DNA of 64,000 nucleotides. Source: Atribacterota bacterium (GTDB taxonomy: Bacteria > Atribacterota > Phoenicimicrobiia > Phoenicimicrobiales > Stramentimicrobiaceae). Both the position numbers and the translations under genes were made by a program. The DNA lies in contig JAXGNR010000005.1 of the NCBI GenBank assembly GCA_040767965.1, forward strand, positions 218,623 to 282,622. The letters are read 5' to 3'. A model generated the notes under the pieces. It was not told the DNA's origin. It did not search any database and saw nothing but the letters and a program-made list of their open reading frames with translations. This document shows positions 53,729 through 62,538 of the stretch, piece after piece. The number at the start of each line of letters is the position of its first letter. Position 1 is the stretch's first letter.

Positions 53729-54940
53729 ATGAAAAGAAATTTAAAAGGAATAATAATTTTCGGAATAGCACTTGCTATTATGATCCTCAGTGTATTTGGT
53801 GCCAGTGCTGAAATCAACTGGCAACCAGCACCTGAATTTATTAAAATCGGCGGATCTATGGAAATGACCGGACCTACTGCTCTCCAGGGAGCAACTGAAA
53901 TGGCTCAATGGGAAGTAGCTGTAGAAAAAGTAAATAATGAAGGTGGTATTAACGGTATTCCAGTTCAAATAGTCTATGAAGACAACCAGGGAACAAATCC
54001 TGGGGCTCTTTCTTCAGTAAACATACTTTTTTATGACCATGAAGTTCCTGCTTGCTTTGTAACAGTGCGTAGTACTATAAATCATGCCCTTAACCCTTTA
54101 ATTGCTGAAGCAGAAGTCCCATCTCTTTATGGTGGTTCTGCCTGGTCGGTCAGAGAGCTTGGCAATCCTTGGATGTTTGGTGTTAGAACCAATGATAGAA
54201 ACGTTGCTAAGATTATGGCTCAATTTATAGCTGAAGACCTTGGCCATACAAAAGTTGCTGCCCTTTACAGTGATGAAGCTTTTGGCCAGGGCGGAAATGA
54301 AGAAACTACAAAAGCATTAGCAGAATATGGTATTGAACCTCTTACAGTTCAGAGATTCCAAAGAAATACCTTAGATTACACTGCCCAACTACTTGCTATT
54401 CAGCAAAGTGGAGCAGAATGTATTTACTCCTGGAGTGCTAACAATAATGACGATGGTATTATTTTAAGACAGGTAAAACAATTAGGCTTAGATGTTGACT
54501 TTGTTGGTAGCGCCTCTTATGCCAGTCTTGATGTAACTGTAAGGATAGCAGGAGAAGATGCAGAAGGTATATATTCTGTAGCTGATGTAACACCTGCAGA
54601 TCCAAGACCTATTATTCAAGAAGTGGATCAAATATTAAATGATAGATATGGTTATAGATTCAGTGCTTCTTGGATGTATGATGGTATGCTGGTACTGGCA
54701 GATGCAATGAGAAGAGCTGGGATTATTCAGGAAATCGATGGTAAGAAAATGATGATGCCTTTGGAAGATGCCCGTATTGCCATTCGTGATGCTCTTAAAG
54801 AAACCAAAGGTTTTAAAGAAGGTACAAGCAAGACCTATACCTGTGACGAAATAAATGACCTTGCTCACGCAATGATTGTTTTACAAATTGAAAATGGTGG
54901 TCATAAGGTTATCAAGATGCTTGACTTGTTGCCTGAATAA
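53729..54940 (+). CDS. ABC transporter substrate-binding protein (LivJ/LivK-like)
   Basis: Signal peptide, IKIG...TG, VEKVNNEGGING.P, DEAFG, DYTAQL, YDG. Confidence 0.88.
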   Translation: MKRNLKGIIIFGIALAIMILSVFGASAEINWQPAPEFIKIGGSMEMTGPTALQGATEMAQWEVAVEKVNNEGGINGIPVQIVYEDNQGTNPGALSSVNILFYDHEVPACFVTVRSTINHALNPLIAEAEVPSLYGGSAWSVRELGNPWMFGVRTNDRNVAKIMAQFIAEDLGHTKVAALYSDEAFGQGGNEETTKALAEYGIEPLTVQRFQRNTLDYTAQLLAIQQSGAECIYSWSANNNDDGIILRQVKQLGLDVDFVGSASYASLDVTVRIAGEDAEGIYSVADVTPADPRPIIQEVDQILNDRYGYRFSASWMYDGMLVLADAMRRAGIIQEIDGKKMMMPLEDARIAIRDALKETKGFKEGTSKTYTCDEINDLAHAMIVLQIENGGHKVIKMLDLLPE

Positions 54941-54958
54941 ACTTATAAAGAAAAATAA

Positions 54959-55000
54959 ATAATAAAAAAGGGCTGTTTAAAAACAGCCCTTTTTTATTAT
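54959..55000 (+). terminator. Intrinsic terminator
   Basis: ATAATAAAAAAGGGCTGTTT-AA-AAACAGCCCTTTTTTATTAT. Confidence 0.9.
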
Positions 55001-55536
55001 AAACATATGTGAAACTATATACTCACTATTATTTCTTAATAAGCACTTATTTTTATTTATATATTAAAAGAATAACGCAAAACAAGAGCAAAACAAGAAA
55101 AGATTAATGCTAAAAATTGAAAGTATTATCATTTAAAAATCTTTCTATCTTAATAATATAGTTAGATGATTAACAAAATAAAAATTAAGGGAAACATATT
55201 AGAATGTACATTTTTGACAATAGTTTTAGAGATGAGGAAAATTTACAATAAAATTGAACTAAATATGATACTGTAAAATAAGACTAGTTTACCAAGAAAA
55301 TAAAAAGATTTGAGCAATAAGCAATAATACGTATTATAAAATATACAAATAGTGAATAAATTGATAATATAGAATAAAATATATTTAACAAAACAAAGAT
55401 TGATTTAAATTTTTTATTTATTTACAGAAGTGATTTTTATATATGTAAAATATTATTTACAATATGCAAAAAGAATTGAATTTTTTAGCGGTAATATTTA
55501 TTCAGACTAACATTAAAAATACCAGGAGGATATATT

Positions 55537-56607
55537 ATGAAAGCTATTATTTTATGTGCAGGTAAAGGGACAAGGCTTAGACCTCTTACCTATACCAGTG
55601 CCAAGCATCTAATACCACTTGCCAACAAGCCTGCTTTGTATTATGGAATAGAAAAAATAAAAGCATGCGGGATTGATAAAATTGGAATTATTATTGGCAA
55701 GGAAACAGGTGAAGATATTAAAAAAGGAATTGGTACTGGCGAAAAATGGGGAGTTGTTATTGATTACATCTTGCAAGAAGAACCCTTAGGACTGGCCCAT
55801 GCTGTAAAGGTTGCAAGAGAATATTTGCAAGAGGAATCTTTTTTGATGTTTTTAGGAGATAATTTGTTGAAAAATGATATCAAAGAATATAGAAATAAAT
55901 TTGAAAGAGGAAATTCAAATGCGTTTGTCCTTCTAACACATGTAGAAAATCCACAACAATTTGGGATAGCTGTCTTGAAAAACAATAAAATTGTCAAACT
56001 GACTGAAAAACCTAAAGATCCTCCTTCTGATTTAGCCCTTATAGGTGTATATTTTTTTGATAAGAATATCCATAAAGCTATCGAAAATATTCACCCTTCC
56101 AACAGAGGAGAACTTGAAATAACTGATGCCGTACAATGGCTCATTGACAATAAATATAATGTAGAAGCAGAAGTAATTGATGGGTGGTGGAAAGATACAG
56201 GTAAGCCGGAAGATATTATTGAGGCAAATAGACTTATACTGGAAGATATACACAGGGATATGAATAATGCAGATATTGATGAAAAATCAAAAATATTCGG
56301 AAGAGTTAAGTTAGGGGAAAATGTTAAAATTACAAATTCTACTATATTAGGACCTGTAGCAATTGGGAATGATGTAATAATAACCAACTCATATATTGGT
56401 CCTTTTACCTCTTTATCAAATTCTGTTATTGTTGAAAATAGCGAAATTGAATACAGTATTGTAATGTATAATACTATAATTAATAATATTGAAAGTCGTA
56501 TGCAGAATTGTTTAATAGGAAAAGATGTGCATATTTACAGCTCAAACGAGATGCCTAGAGCTTATAAATTCATACTAGCTGATGATAGCAAAGTAAGACT
56601 AATCTAA
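55537..56607 (+). CDS. Glucose-1-phosphate thymidylyltransferase, long form
   Basis: GKGTRLRPLTYT.AK.L.P, QEEPLGLAHA, LGDN, EKP, RGELEITDA, WWKDTG; C-terminal beta-helix. Confidence 0.88.
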   Translation: MKAIILCAGKGTRLRPLTYTSAKHLIPLANKPALYYGIEKIKACGIDKIGIIIGKETGEDIKKGIGTGEKWGVVIDYILQEEPLGLAHAVKVAREYLQEESFLMFLGDNLLKNDIKEYRNKFERGNSNAFVLLTHVENPQQFGIAVLKNNKIVKLTEKPKDPPSDLALIGVYFFDKNIHKAIENIHPSNRGELEITDAVQWLIDNKYNVEAEVIDGWWKDTGKPEDIIEANRLILEDIHRDMNNADIDEKSKIFGRVKLGENVKITNSTILGPVAIGNDVIITNSYIGPFTSLSNSVIVENSEIEYSIVMYNTIINNIESRMQNCLIGKDVHIYSSNEMPRAYKFILADDSKVRLI

Positions 56608-56856
56608 TTGAGATAAGCTGTAAAATCAGTAACATTAAGTAAACAATAGCAAATAAATAAATAAATAAAGATAAAATTATTTGCTTCAATATATGTCATT
56701 TTGGTATCATTTAAATGTAAATAATATTTACACAATTTTAAAATACTATTTTAGTATAAAAATGTTCAATGAATACTTAAATAGCCTTTAATACAAGTAA
56801 CAATAAAAAAATGTTACAATTAAAATATTGTTCTAAATCTATAATTTGGAGTAATA

Positions 56857-57606
56857 ATGAAAGCAGCTGTTGGAATTGTAGGATATAAAAAAAGTGGGAA
56901 AACTACTCTTACTTTATTGTTGGCCAAAAAACTACAGCAAAAAGGTTACAGTGTATCTATAATTAAACATTCCAGCAAATCAACAAATAATGATAATACC
57001 GATACCGGTAAATTTGCTGATATCGTGCCTGAGGTAGTATTGGTTACACCTGAAAACATAAATATAATTATAAAAGAAAAAAGAAAATTAAAAGATATTA
57101 TTAATAGTATGACTACTGATTATGTCCTAATTGAAGGCTTTAAAAAATTAAAATTTTACCCCAAAATTGCCTGTTTAAGAGAAGAAGACCATATGAACGA
57201 ATTGGATGATGGTCTTTTATTGTGTTCCGCCAGCATGGACGACTCCCTTGTAAAGAACAAGACAGCTGATTATTCTATCTTAAATGAAGAAGATCTGGAA
57301 AAAATAGTTGATGAGGTAGAAAATAAATCATTTATATTGCCTGAGATAAATTGTGGCAAATGTGGTTATAAGAATTGCTATGAATTAGCAAAAGCCATTA
57401 TAAAAGAAAATGAAACACAAAAAAAATGTGTTTTTTATAACAGCGATATCTCCATTAGCATTAACGGCAAAAATATTCCCTTTAACCCATTTATGTCAGA
57501 ATTATATAAAAATATGATTTACAGTATGTTTTCTCCTTTAAAAGAAATTGATATTTTGGAAAACGCCCATATTGAAATTAAAATGGGATCTAAAAAGTCT
57601 ACTTGA
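56857..57606 (+). CDS. mobB: MobB-like P-loop protein fused to a putative [4Fe-4S] domain
   Basis: GYKKSGKTT, IKH, IEGFK; LPEINCGKCGYKNC..A..C. Confidence 0.82.
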   Translation: MKAAVGIVGYKKSGKTTLTLLLAKKLQQKGYSVSIIKHSSKSTNNDNTDTGKFADIVPEVVLVTPENINIIIKEKRKLKDIINSMTTDYVLIEGFKKLKFYPKIACLREEDHMNELDDGLLLCSASMDDSLVKNKTADYSILNEEDLEKIVDEVENKSFILPEINCGKCGYKNCYELAKAIIKENETQKKCVFYNSDISISINGKNIPFNPFMSELYKNMIYSMFSPLKEIDILENAHIEIKMGSKKST

Positions 57607-57642
57607 AAAAAATTTAAGCAAGACAAACATGAATTTATAAAG

Positions 57643-58620
57643 GTGGTTCAAATGAATGAAGTCAATTTCAATGAAGACTTAAAAGATAACAAGTACGAAT
57701 CTATTATTATTGGTGGTGGACCTGCCGGTTTAACTGCAGGAATATATCTTAGCCGTTCTCGCATAAAATCTTTATTATTGGAAAAAGGATTACCGGGAGG
57801 GCAGGCAAATCTTACCGAAATGATTGAGAACTATCCAGGATTTCCTGAAGGAATATTAGGTCCTGATTTAATGCAAAATTTTGAAAAGCAAGCACTAAGA
57901 TTTGGTTTAGAGATTAGAAATGGCAATGTCTTGAGTATTTCCCAGATAAAAGATACAGAAAAAGATTATTTTGAAGTAGAAGTAGATTATGAGAAATATA
58001 TTTCTAAAACCATAATTATTGCTTCTGGGGCAAAAGCCAGTACATTAGGAATTCCCGGAGAAAAAGAATTTACCGGAAGAGGTGTTTCTTACTGTGGAAC
58101 TTGTGATGGGGCTTTTTTTAAAGATAAAGAAATTGTCGTTGTGGGTGGAGGTGACACTGCTATTGAAGAGGCATTATTTTTAACAAGATTCGCTAGTAAA
58201 GTGTCTGTTATTCACCGAAGAGATCAGCTTCGAGCAACAAAAATATTACAAGAAAGGGCTTTTTCGAATAAAAAGATTGAGTTTATCTGGGATTCAATCG
58301 TAGTTGAAATAAAAGGAAATCAAAAAGTTGAAAGTGTAATTTTAAAAAATGTAAAAACAAATTTGAATAAAATATTTCCATGCCAGGGTATTTTTATTTT
58401 TACTGGTTATACTCCTGTTTACCCTTCTTTTGATAAATTGCCTGAAAAAATAGTAAATCAATATGGATATATTATTTCAGATGAAAATATGATGACAAAA
58501 GTTGAAGGTATTTTTGCTTGTGGGGATGTTCGCTACAAGCTTTTACGTCAGGTAGTAACTGCCTGTGGAGAAGGTGCAATAGCAGCTTTTTCTGTAGAGA
58601 AATATTTAAATATTTTATAA
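57643..58620 (+). CDS. trxB: Thioredoxin-disulfide reductase
   Basis: IIGGGPAG, IENYPG, GVSYCGTCDG, VGGGDTA, HRRD, ACGD. Confidence 0.95.
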   Translation: MVQMNEVNFNEDLKDNKYESIIIGGGPAGLTAGIYLSRSRIKSLLLEKGLPGGQANLTEMIENYPGFPEGILGPDLMQNFEKQALRFGLEIRNGNVLSISQIKDTEKDYFEVEVDYEKYISKTIIIASGAKASTLGIPGEKEFTGRGVSYCGTCDGAFFKDKEIVVVGGGDTAIEEALFLTRFASKVSVIHRRDQLRATKILQERAFSNKKIEFIWDSIVVEIKGNQKVESVILKNVKTNLNKIFPCQGIFIFTGYTPVYPSFDKLPEKIVNQYGYIISDENMMTKVEGIFACGDVRYKLLRQVVTACGEGAIAAFSVEKYLNIL

Positions 58621-58693
58621 AACAAAAATGTAATATTAATAAGCTACAAAAAATATGGTATAAAAATACAGAAAATAGGAATAACTTTAAGCG

Positions 58694-59521
58694 ATGAACA
58701 TAAATTATGGAATTTCTAGTATGTTTTTATGGCAAAACGATATCAATAAGTTAGTGACATATTTAAACGATAAGAATATTGATTATTTAGAAATTAAACC
58801 AAAAAAAAATCACTTTCAGTGTCAAGACTTAAATTCCATAAAAAAAATAAAGAAAATATTAGAAAAAAATCAAATTAACGTAACCGCAATCCATATGCCT
58901 GTCAAAGATATAGACATTTCCTCTTATGATGAATACGATAGGGTAAAATCAGTGAGAGAAATTGAAAAGACAATCATGACTGCATTTTGGTTGAACGCTG
59001 AAACCGTTATTGTGCATCCCGGAGGAAATTATGAAAATAAAAATGATTTACTCAAAAAAATCGAAACATCAATAAAGAGCTTACAAGAAATAGTTGAATT
59101 TAGTAAAAAATGGGAAATAAAAATTGCTTTAGAAAACAGGCTTCCTGGCATTTTAGGAGATAATATAACAGATCTGAAGACAATTCTAGAAAAAATCCCT
59201 TCAAATCAATTGGGAATTTGCCTTGATACTGGACATTATCACATCAATAAATGCCTCAATGAACAAAGCGGAGTAGATTTTGGAGAAGAATTTCATGTTT
59301 TAGGAAAAGACGTAATACATATTCATATACACGATAATGATGGTGTAAGGGATCAGCATTTGTTACCAGGAGATGGAAAAATAAACTGGAATTCTTTTTT
59401 TAAATTTATTAAAAAAATTAATTATAATGGGAAATTAATAATTGAAACAAAGAAACAAAAACTGGATATTTTTTCATCAAGATTAGAAAAAAGTCTGCAG
59501 ATTTTAGATAATAGTAAATAA
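58694..59521 (+). CDS. Sugar phosphate isomerase/epimerase family (AP_endonuc_2 TIM barrel)
   Basis: HMP, VHPG, ALEN, CLDTGH, HIHDN.G..DQH..PGDG, IIE. Confidence 0.85.
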   Translation: MNINYGISSMFLWQNDINKLVTYLNDKNIDYLEIKPKKNHFQCQDLNSIKKIKKILEKNQINVTAIHMPVKDIDISSYDEYDRVKSVREIEKTIMTAFWLNAETVIVHPGGNYENKNDLLKKIETSIKSLQEIVEFSKKWEIKIALENRLPGILGDNITDLKTILEKIPSNQLGICLDTGHYHINKCLNEQSGVDFGEEFHVLGKDVIHIHIHDNDGVRDQHLLPGDGKINWNSFFKFIKKINYNGKLIIETKKQKLDIFSSRLEKSLQILDNSK

Positions 59522-59659
59522 CATATAGCAAAAGAAATAAACATACATAAATAAAACTTGTCTTAATTTATAAATTATCAATAACTATATTTTGCTATAT
59601 TTAATATTCTTTGTTAAAATATTCTAGATGATAATATTTATTTTCAAGGAGGAAGTAGG

Positions 59660-61762
59660 GTGACTAAAAACGATGTTGAAAAGATAAGGACTTTTGCTAT
59701 TGTTGGTCATGGCGATTCTGGAAAAACGTCACTGAACGAAGCTTTGCTTTATGATTCCGGGATGATAACCAGACTGGGAAAGATTGAACAAGGAAACACT
59801 GTTTCTGATTATGATCCAAAGGAATCGAAGCGAGGTATTACAATTAATTCTTCTTTAGCTTACCTTAACTGGAAAGATACCACATTTAATATTATTGATA
59901 CCCCAGGATATCTTGATTTTATAATTGACACCAAATCAAGCTTGAGGGTCGTTGATGCTGCTCTAATTGTGGTTTGTGGTGTTTCGGGTGTAGAGGTGCA
60001 AACTGAAAAAGTCTGGGATTATACCGAAGAATTTAACTTACCCAGAATCTTTTTTATTAATAAAATGGATCGAGAAAGGTCTGATTTTGAAAGAGCTAGT
60101 CAAGAAATTAAGGATAATTTTGGACCAAATGCTGTTCCGATCCAACTGCCTATTGGAGCAGAAGAATCATTTGAAGGCATCGTGGATCTTTTAAAGATGA
60201 AGGCATATTATTTTAAATCTGATTCTGAAGGTAAAAGCCATTGGGAAGAAAAGGAAATACCTGAAGATTTGTCAGAAAAAGCTAATGAGTATCGACAGAA
60301 AATGATTGAAGCGGCGGCAGAATATAATGATGAAATATTAATGAAATACCTTGACGGGGAAGAGCTGAGTCAGCAAGAAATACAATCCTGCTTAAAGGGC
60401 GGGATTATAGAAAGAAAAATCTTTCCTGTGCTATGTGGATCTGCAACAAAAAATATAGGCATTGAGCTCTTGCTTGACTTTATCAAAGATTATTTCCCAA
60501 ATCCGGTAGAATTGCCGGATATAGAAGTAAAAAATATAAATGATCAAAAAGAGACTAGGTTAAAAAGATCTCTTGAAGAATCTCCTTTTTCAGCCTTGGT
60601 ATTCAAAACTGTTGCTGATCCTTATGTTGGAAATTTAACTTATTTTAGAGTCTTCTCGGGAGAGTTAAATTCAGATTCCTTAATTTATAATTCTACGCAT
60701 GATATTGAAAATAAAGTTGCAAAAATTTATAGAATGCAGGGTAAAGAGCAAAGCCCGGTAACCAAAGTAATTCCAGGAGGAATCGGAGCTATTGCTAAAC
60801 TGAAGAAAACAAATACTGGTGATACTTTATGCGATAAAGAAAACCTTATTGAATTTAAAAAAATAGAATACCCCGAACCAATTATGAAGCTGGCAATTTC
60901 ACCAAAAACAAAAGGAGATGAAGACAAACTAAGTATAGCAATAAATAGAATAGTAGAAGAAGAACCTACTATTCAGGTTTACAGGGATGAAGATACTGGA
61001 GAAACAATCATTGCCGGCATGGGAGAATCGCATCTTGATGTTGTTATTGAGACCATGGAAACTAAGTTTGGTGTTGAAATAGAAAAAAATACTCCCAGGG
61101 TTGGCTATAAGGAAACTATTCGTAAAAAAGTTCAAGCTGAAGGCAAATATAAAAAACAATCTGGGGGACGTGGTCAATATGGTCATTGTTTTGTGGAGTT
61201 TGAGCCGCAAGATAGAGGAAAAGGGTTTGAGTTTATTGACAAGATCGTAGGGGGGGTAATACCTAAGCAGTATCGCCCTGCTGTTGAAAAAGGTATTATT
61301 GAGGCCATGCAAAAAGGAGTACTGGCTGGTTATCCAACTGTAGATATCAAGGCAACCTTATATGATGGAAGTTATCATACAGTAGATTCTTCAGAAATGG
61401 CTTTTAAGGTAGCAGGCTCAATGGCTTTTAAAAAAGGAGTTACTCAGGCCGATCCTATCCTTTTGGAACCAATATATGAACTTTCAATTACTATTCCTAA
61501 GGATTATATGGGAGATATTATTGGTGATATTAACAGTAAAAGAGGCAAAATAATGGGTATGGATGAAACTGAAAAAGGCAAACAAATTATTAAGGCACAA
61601 GTAGCACAAGCAGAAATTTTCCGATATTCCATTGATTTGCGCTCTATTACCCAGGGTAGAGGAACATTTACCATGAAATTTTCTCACTTTGAGGAAGTTC
61701 CTTCCCAGATAGCTCAAGAAATAATTGAAAAAGTTAAAAAAGAAGAAGAATCAGAAACCTAA
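59660..61762 (+). CDS. fusA: Elongation factor G paralog (EF-G2 type)
   Basis: Five-domain EF-G with G1 GHGDSGKT and DTPGY; located outside the str operon. Confidence 0.9.
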   Translation: MTKNDVEKIRTFAIVGHGDSGKTSLNEALLYDSGMITRLGKIEQGNTVSDYDPKESKRGITINSSLAYLNWKDTTFNIIDTPGYLDFIIDTKSSLRVVDAALIVVCGVSGVEVQTEKVWDYTEEFNLPRIFFINKMDRERSDFERASQEIKDNFGPNAVPIQLPIGAEESFEGIVDLLKMKAYYFKSDSEGKSHWEEKEIPEDLSEKANEYRQKMIEAAAEYNDEILMKYLDGEELSQQEIQSCLKGGIIERKIFPVLCGSATKNIGIELLLDFIKDYFPNPVELPDIEVKNINDQKETRLKRSLEESPFSALVFKTVADPYVGNLTYFRVFSGELNSDSLIYNSTHDIENKVAKIYRMQGKEQSPVTKVIPGGIGAIAKLKKTNTGDTLCDKENLIEFKKIEYPEPIMKLAISPKTKGDEDKLSIAINRIVEEEPTIQVYRDEDTGETIIAGMGESHLDVVIETMETKFGVEIEKNTPRVGYKETIRKKVQAEGKYKKQSGGRGQYGHCFVEFEPQDRGKGFEFIDKIVGGVIPKQYRPAVEKGIIEAMQKGVLAGYPTVDIKATLYDGSYHTVDSSEMAFKVAGSMAFKKGVTQADPILLEPIYELSITIPKDYMGDIIGDINSKRGKIMGMDETEKGKQIIKAQVAQAEIFRYSIDLRSITQGRGTFTMKFSHFEEVPSQIAQEIIEKVKKEEESET

Positions 61763-61789
61763 ATAATAAAAAATAATTAATTTAAAAAC

Positions 61790-61818
61790 TTGTTTTAAAG
61801 GTTTCTGTTAACTATAAT
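61790..61818 (+). promoter_or_regulatory. Promoter of the small ORF
   Basis: TTGTTT-17 nt-TATAAT. Confidence 0.55.
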
Positions 61819-61859
61819 GAAAACAATAAATAATATAAGAAAAGGGAGGTGGAATTTAT

Positions 61860-61952
61860 ATGGGCTTTTTTGAAGATTTAGAATGGTATTGGATCGCGGC
61901 TATTATTGCAGCTATTGTAGGAGTTATCTGGTGGCTAGGTGGGGATGATTAG
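61860..61952 (+). CDS. 30-aa single-TM peptide MGFFEDLEWYWIAAIIAAIVGVIWWLGGDD (not in the ORF track)
   Basis: Strong RBS AAGGGAGGTGG upstream, higher GC than its flanks, upstream promoter and downstream terminator. Confidence 0.75.
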   Translation: MGFFEDLEWYWIAAIIAAIVGVIWWLGGDD

Positions 61953-62021
61953 AATATAAGATATTTTTTGCATATACCCCATAAATAAAAGAGTATTATT
62001 TTATTAAAGTATTATTGTTTC

Positions 62022-62062
62022 AAATGAGTGCAGTAAGTTAAAAGACTGCACTCATTTATTTT
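62022..62062 (+). terminator. Intrinsic terminator after the small ORF
   Basis: AAATGAGTGCAGT / ACTGCACTCATTT 13-bp stem followed by a T-rich tail. Confidence 0.82.
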
Positions 62063-62139
62063 AAAAACATTTCGGGTATTACAAATAAAGAAATTTTTAT
62101 TATTTATTATTATTAAGAATTAATCTTTTAGAAGAATTA

Positions 62140-62168
62140 TTGACTTTTAGCACTTCATTAATTATAAT
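62140..62168 (+). promoter_or_regulatory. sigma70 promoter of the leuS leader
   Basis: TTGACT-17 nt-TATAAT. Confidence 0.85.
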
Positions 62169-62196
62169 AAAACAAGTTTTCAAAAATAAATAAATT

Positions 62197-62513
62197 TGGC
62201 AGAAAACAATTGAGAATCAATAAAAACAGAGAATCAGTGCAGTTGAAAACTGATATTTGCATCTCTAGAAGCTCAACTGCTACATTTTGGGCAAGTTAGT
62301 ATATTCAATAAGATAAGCTGAATTGCTCAAAACGTTTCAAGCGTTAAATGAAATAAGGGTAGATGGGGCTGTAGCTCAGATGGGAGAGTGCCTCCTTGGC
62401 GTGGAGGAAGTCGCGGGTTCGATTCCCGCCAGCTCCACCATAATCTACTAAAAAAGGGTGGTACCACGGGAATCTCGTCCCTTGTAAATTTCTGTTACAA
62501 GTGGCGGGTTTTT
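62197..62513 (+). promoter_or_regulatory. T-box riboswitch (Leu, CUC specifier) with antiterminator and terminator
   Basis: Stem I with AGAGA box, ATCAG/CTGAT apex, GTTG loop and GAA-G-CTC-A specifier; Stem II 62285-62332; GCGTTA box in the IIA hairpin; antiterminator AAGGG-TGGTACC-ACGGG-AAT-CTCGT-CCCTT; terminator 62474-62513. Confidence 0.9.
62365..62440 (+). tRNA. tRNA-Ala(GGC) embedded in the T-box leader
   Basis: Acceptor GGGGCTG/CAGCTCC with G3.U70, anticodon arm CCTCC-TTGGCGT-GGAGG, T-arm GCGGG-TTCGATT-CCCGC, ACCA end; 76 nt. Confidence 0.97.
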
Positions 62514-62538
62514 CTATTTTAAAGGGAGTTTAATCAAT

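Noticed and set aside
62365-62440. tRNA-Ala as an integration-site remnant or pseudo-tRNA
   Set aside because: It is full-length with intact identity elements and CCA. No integrase or duplicated 3' end is nearby, and it is neatly enclosed by a complementary helix.
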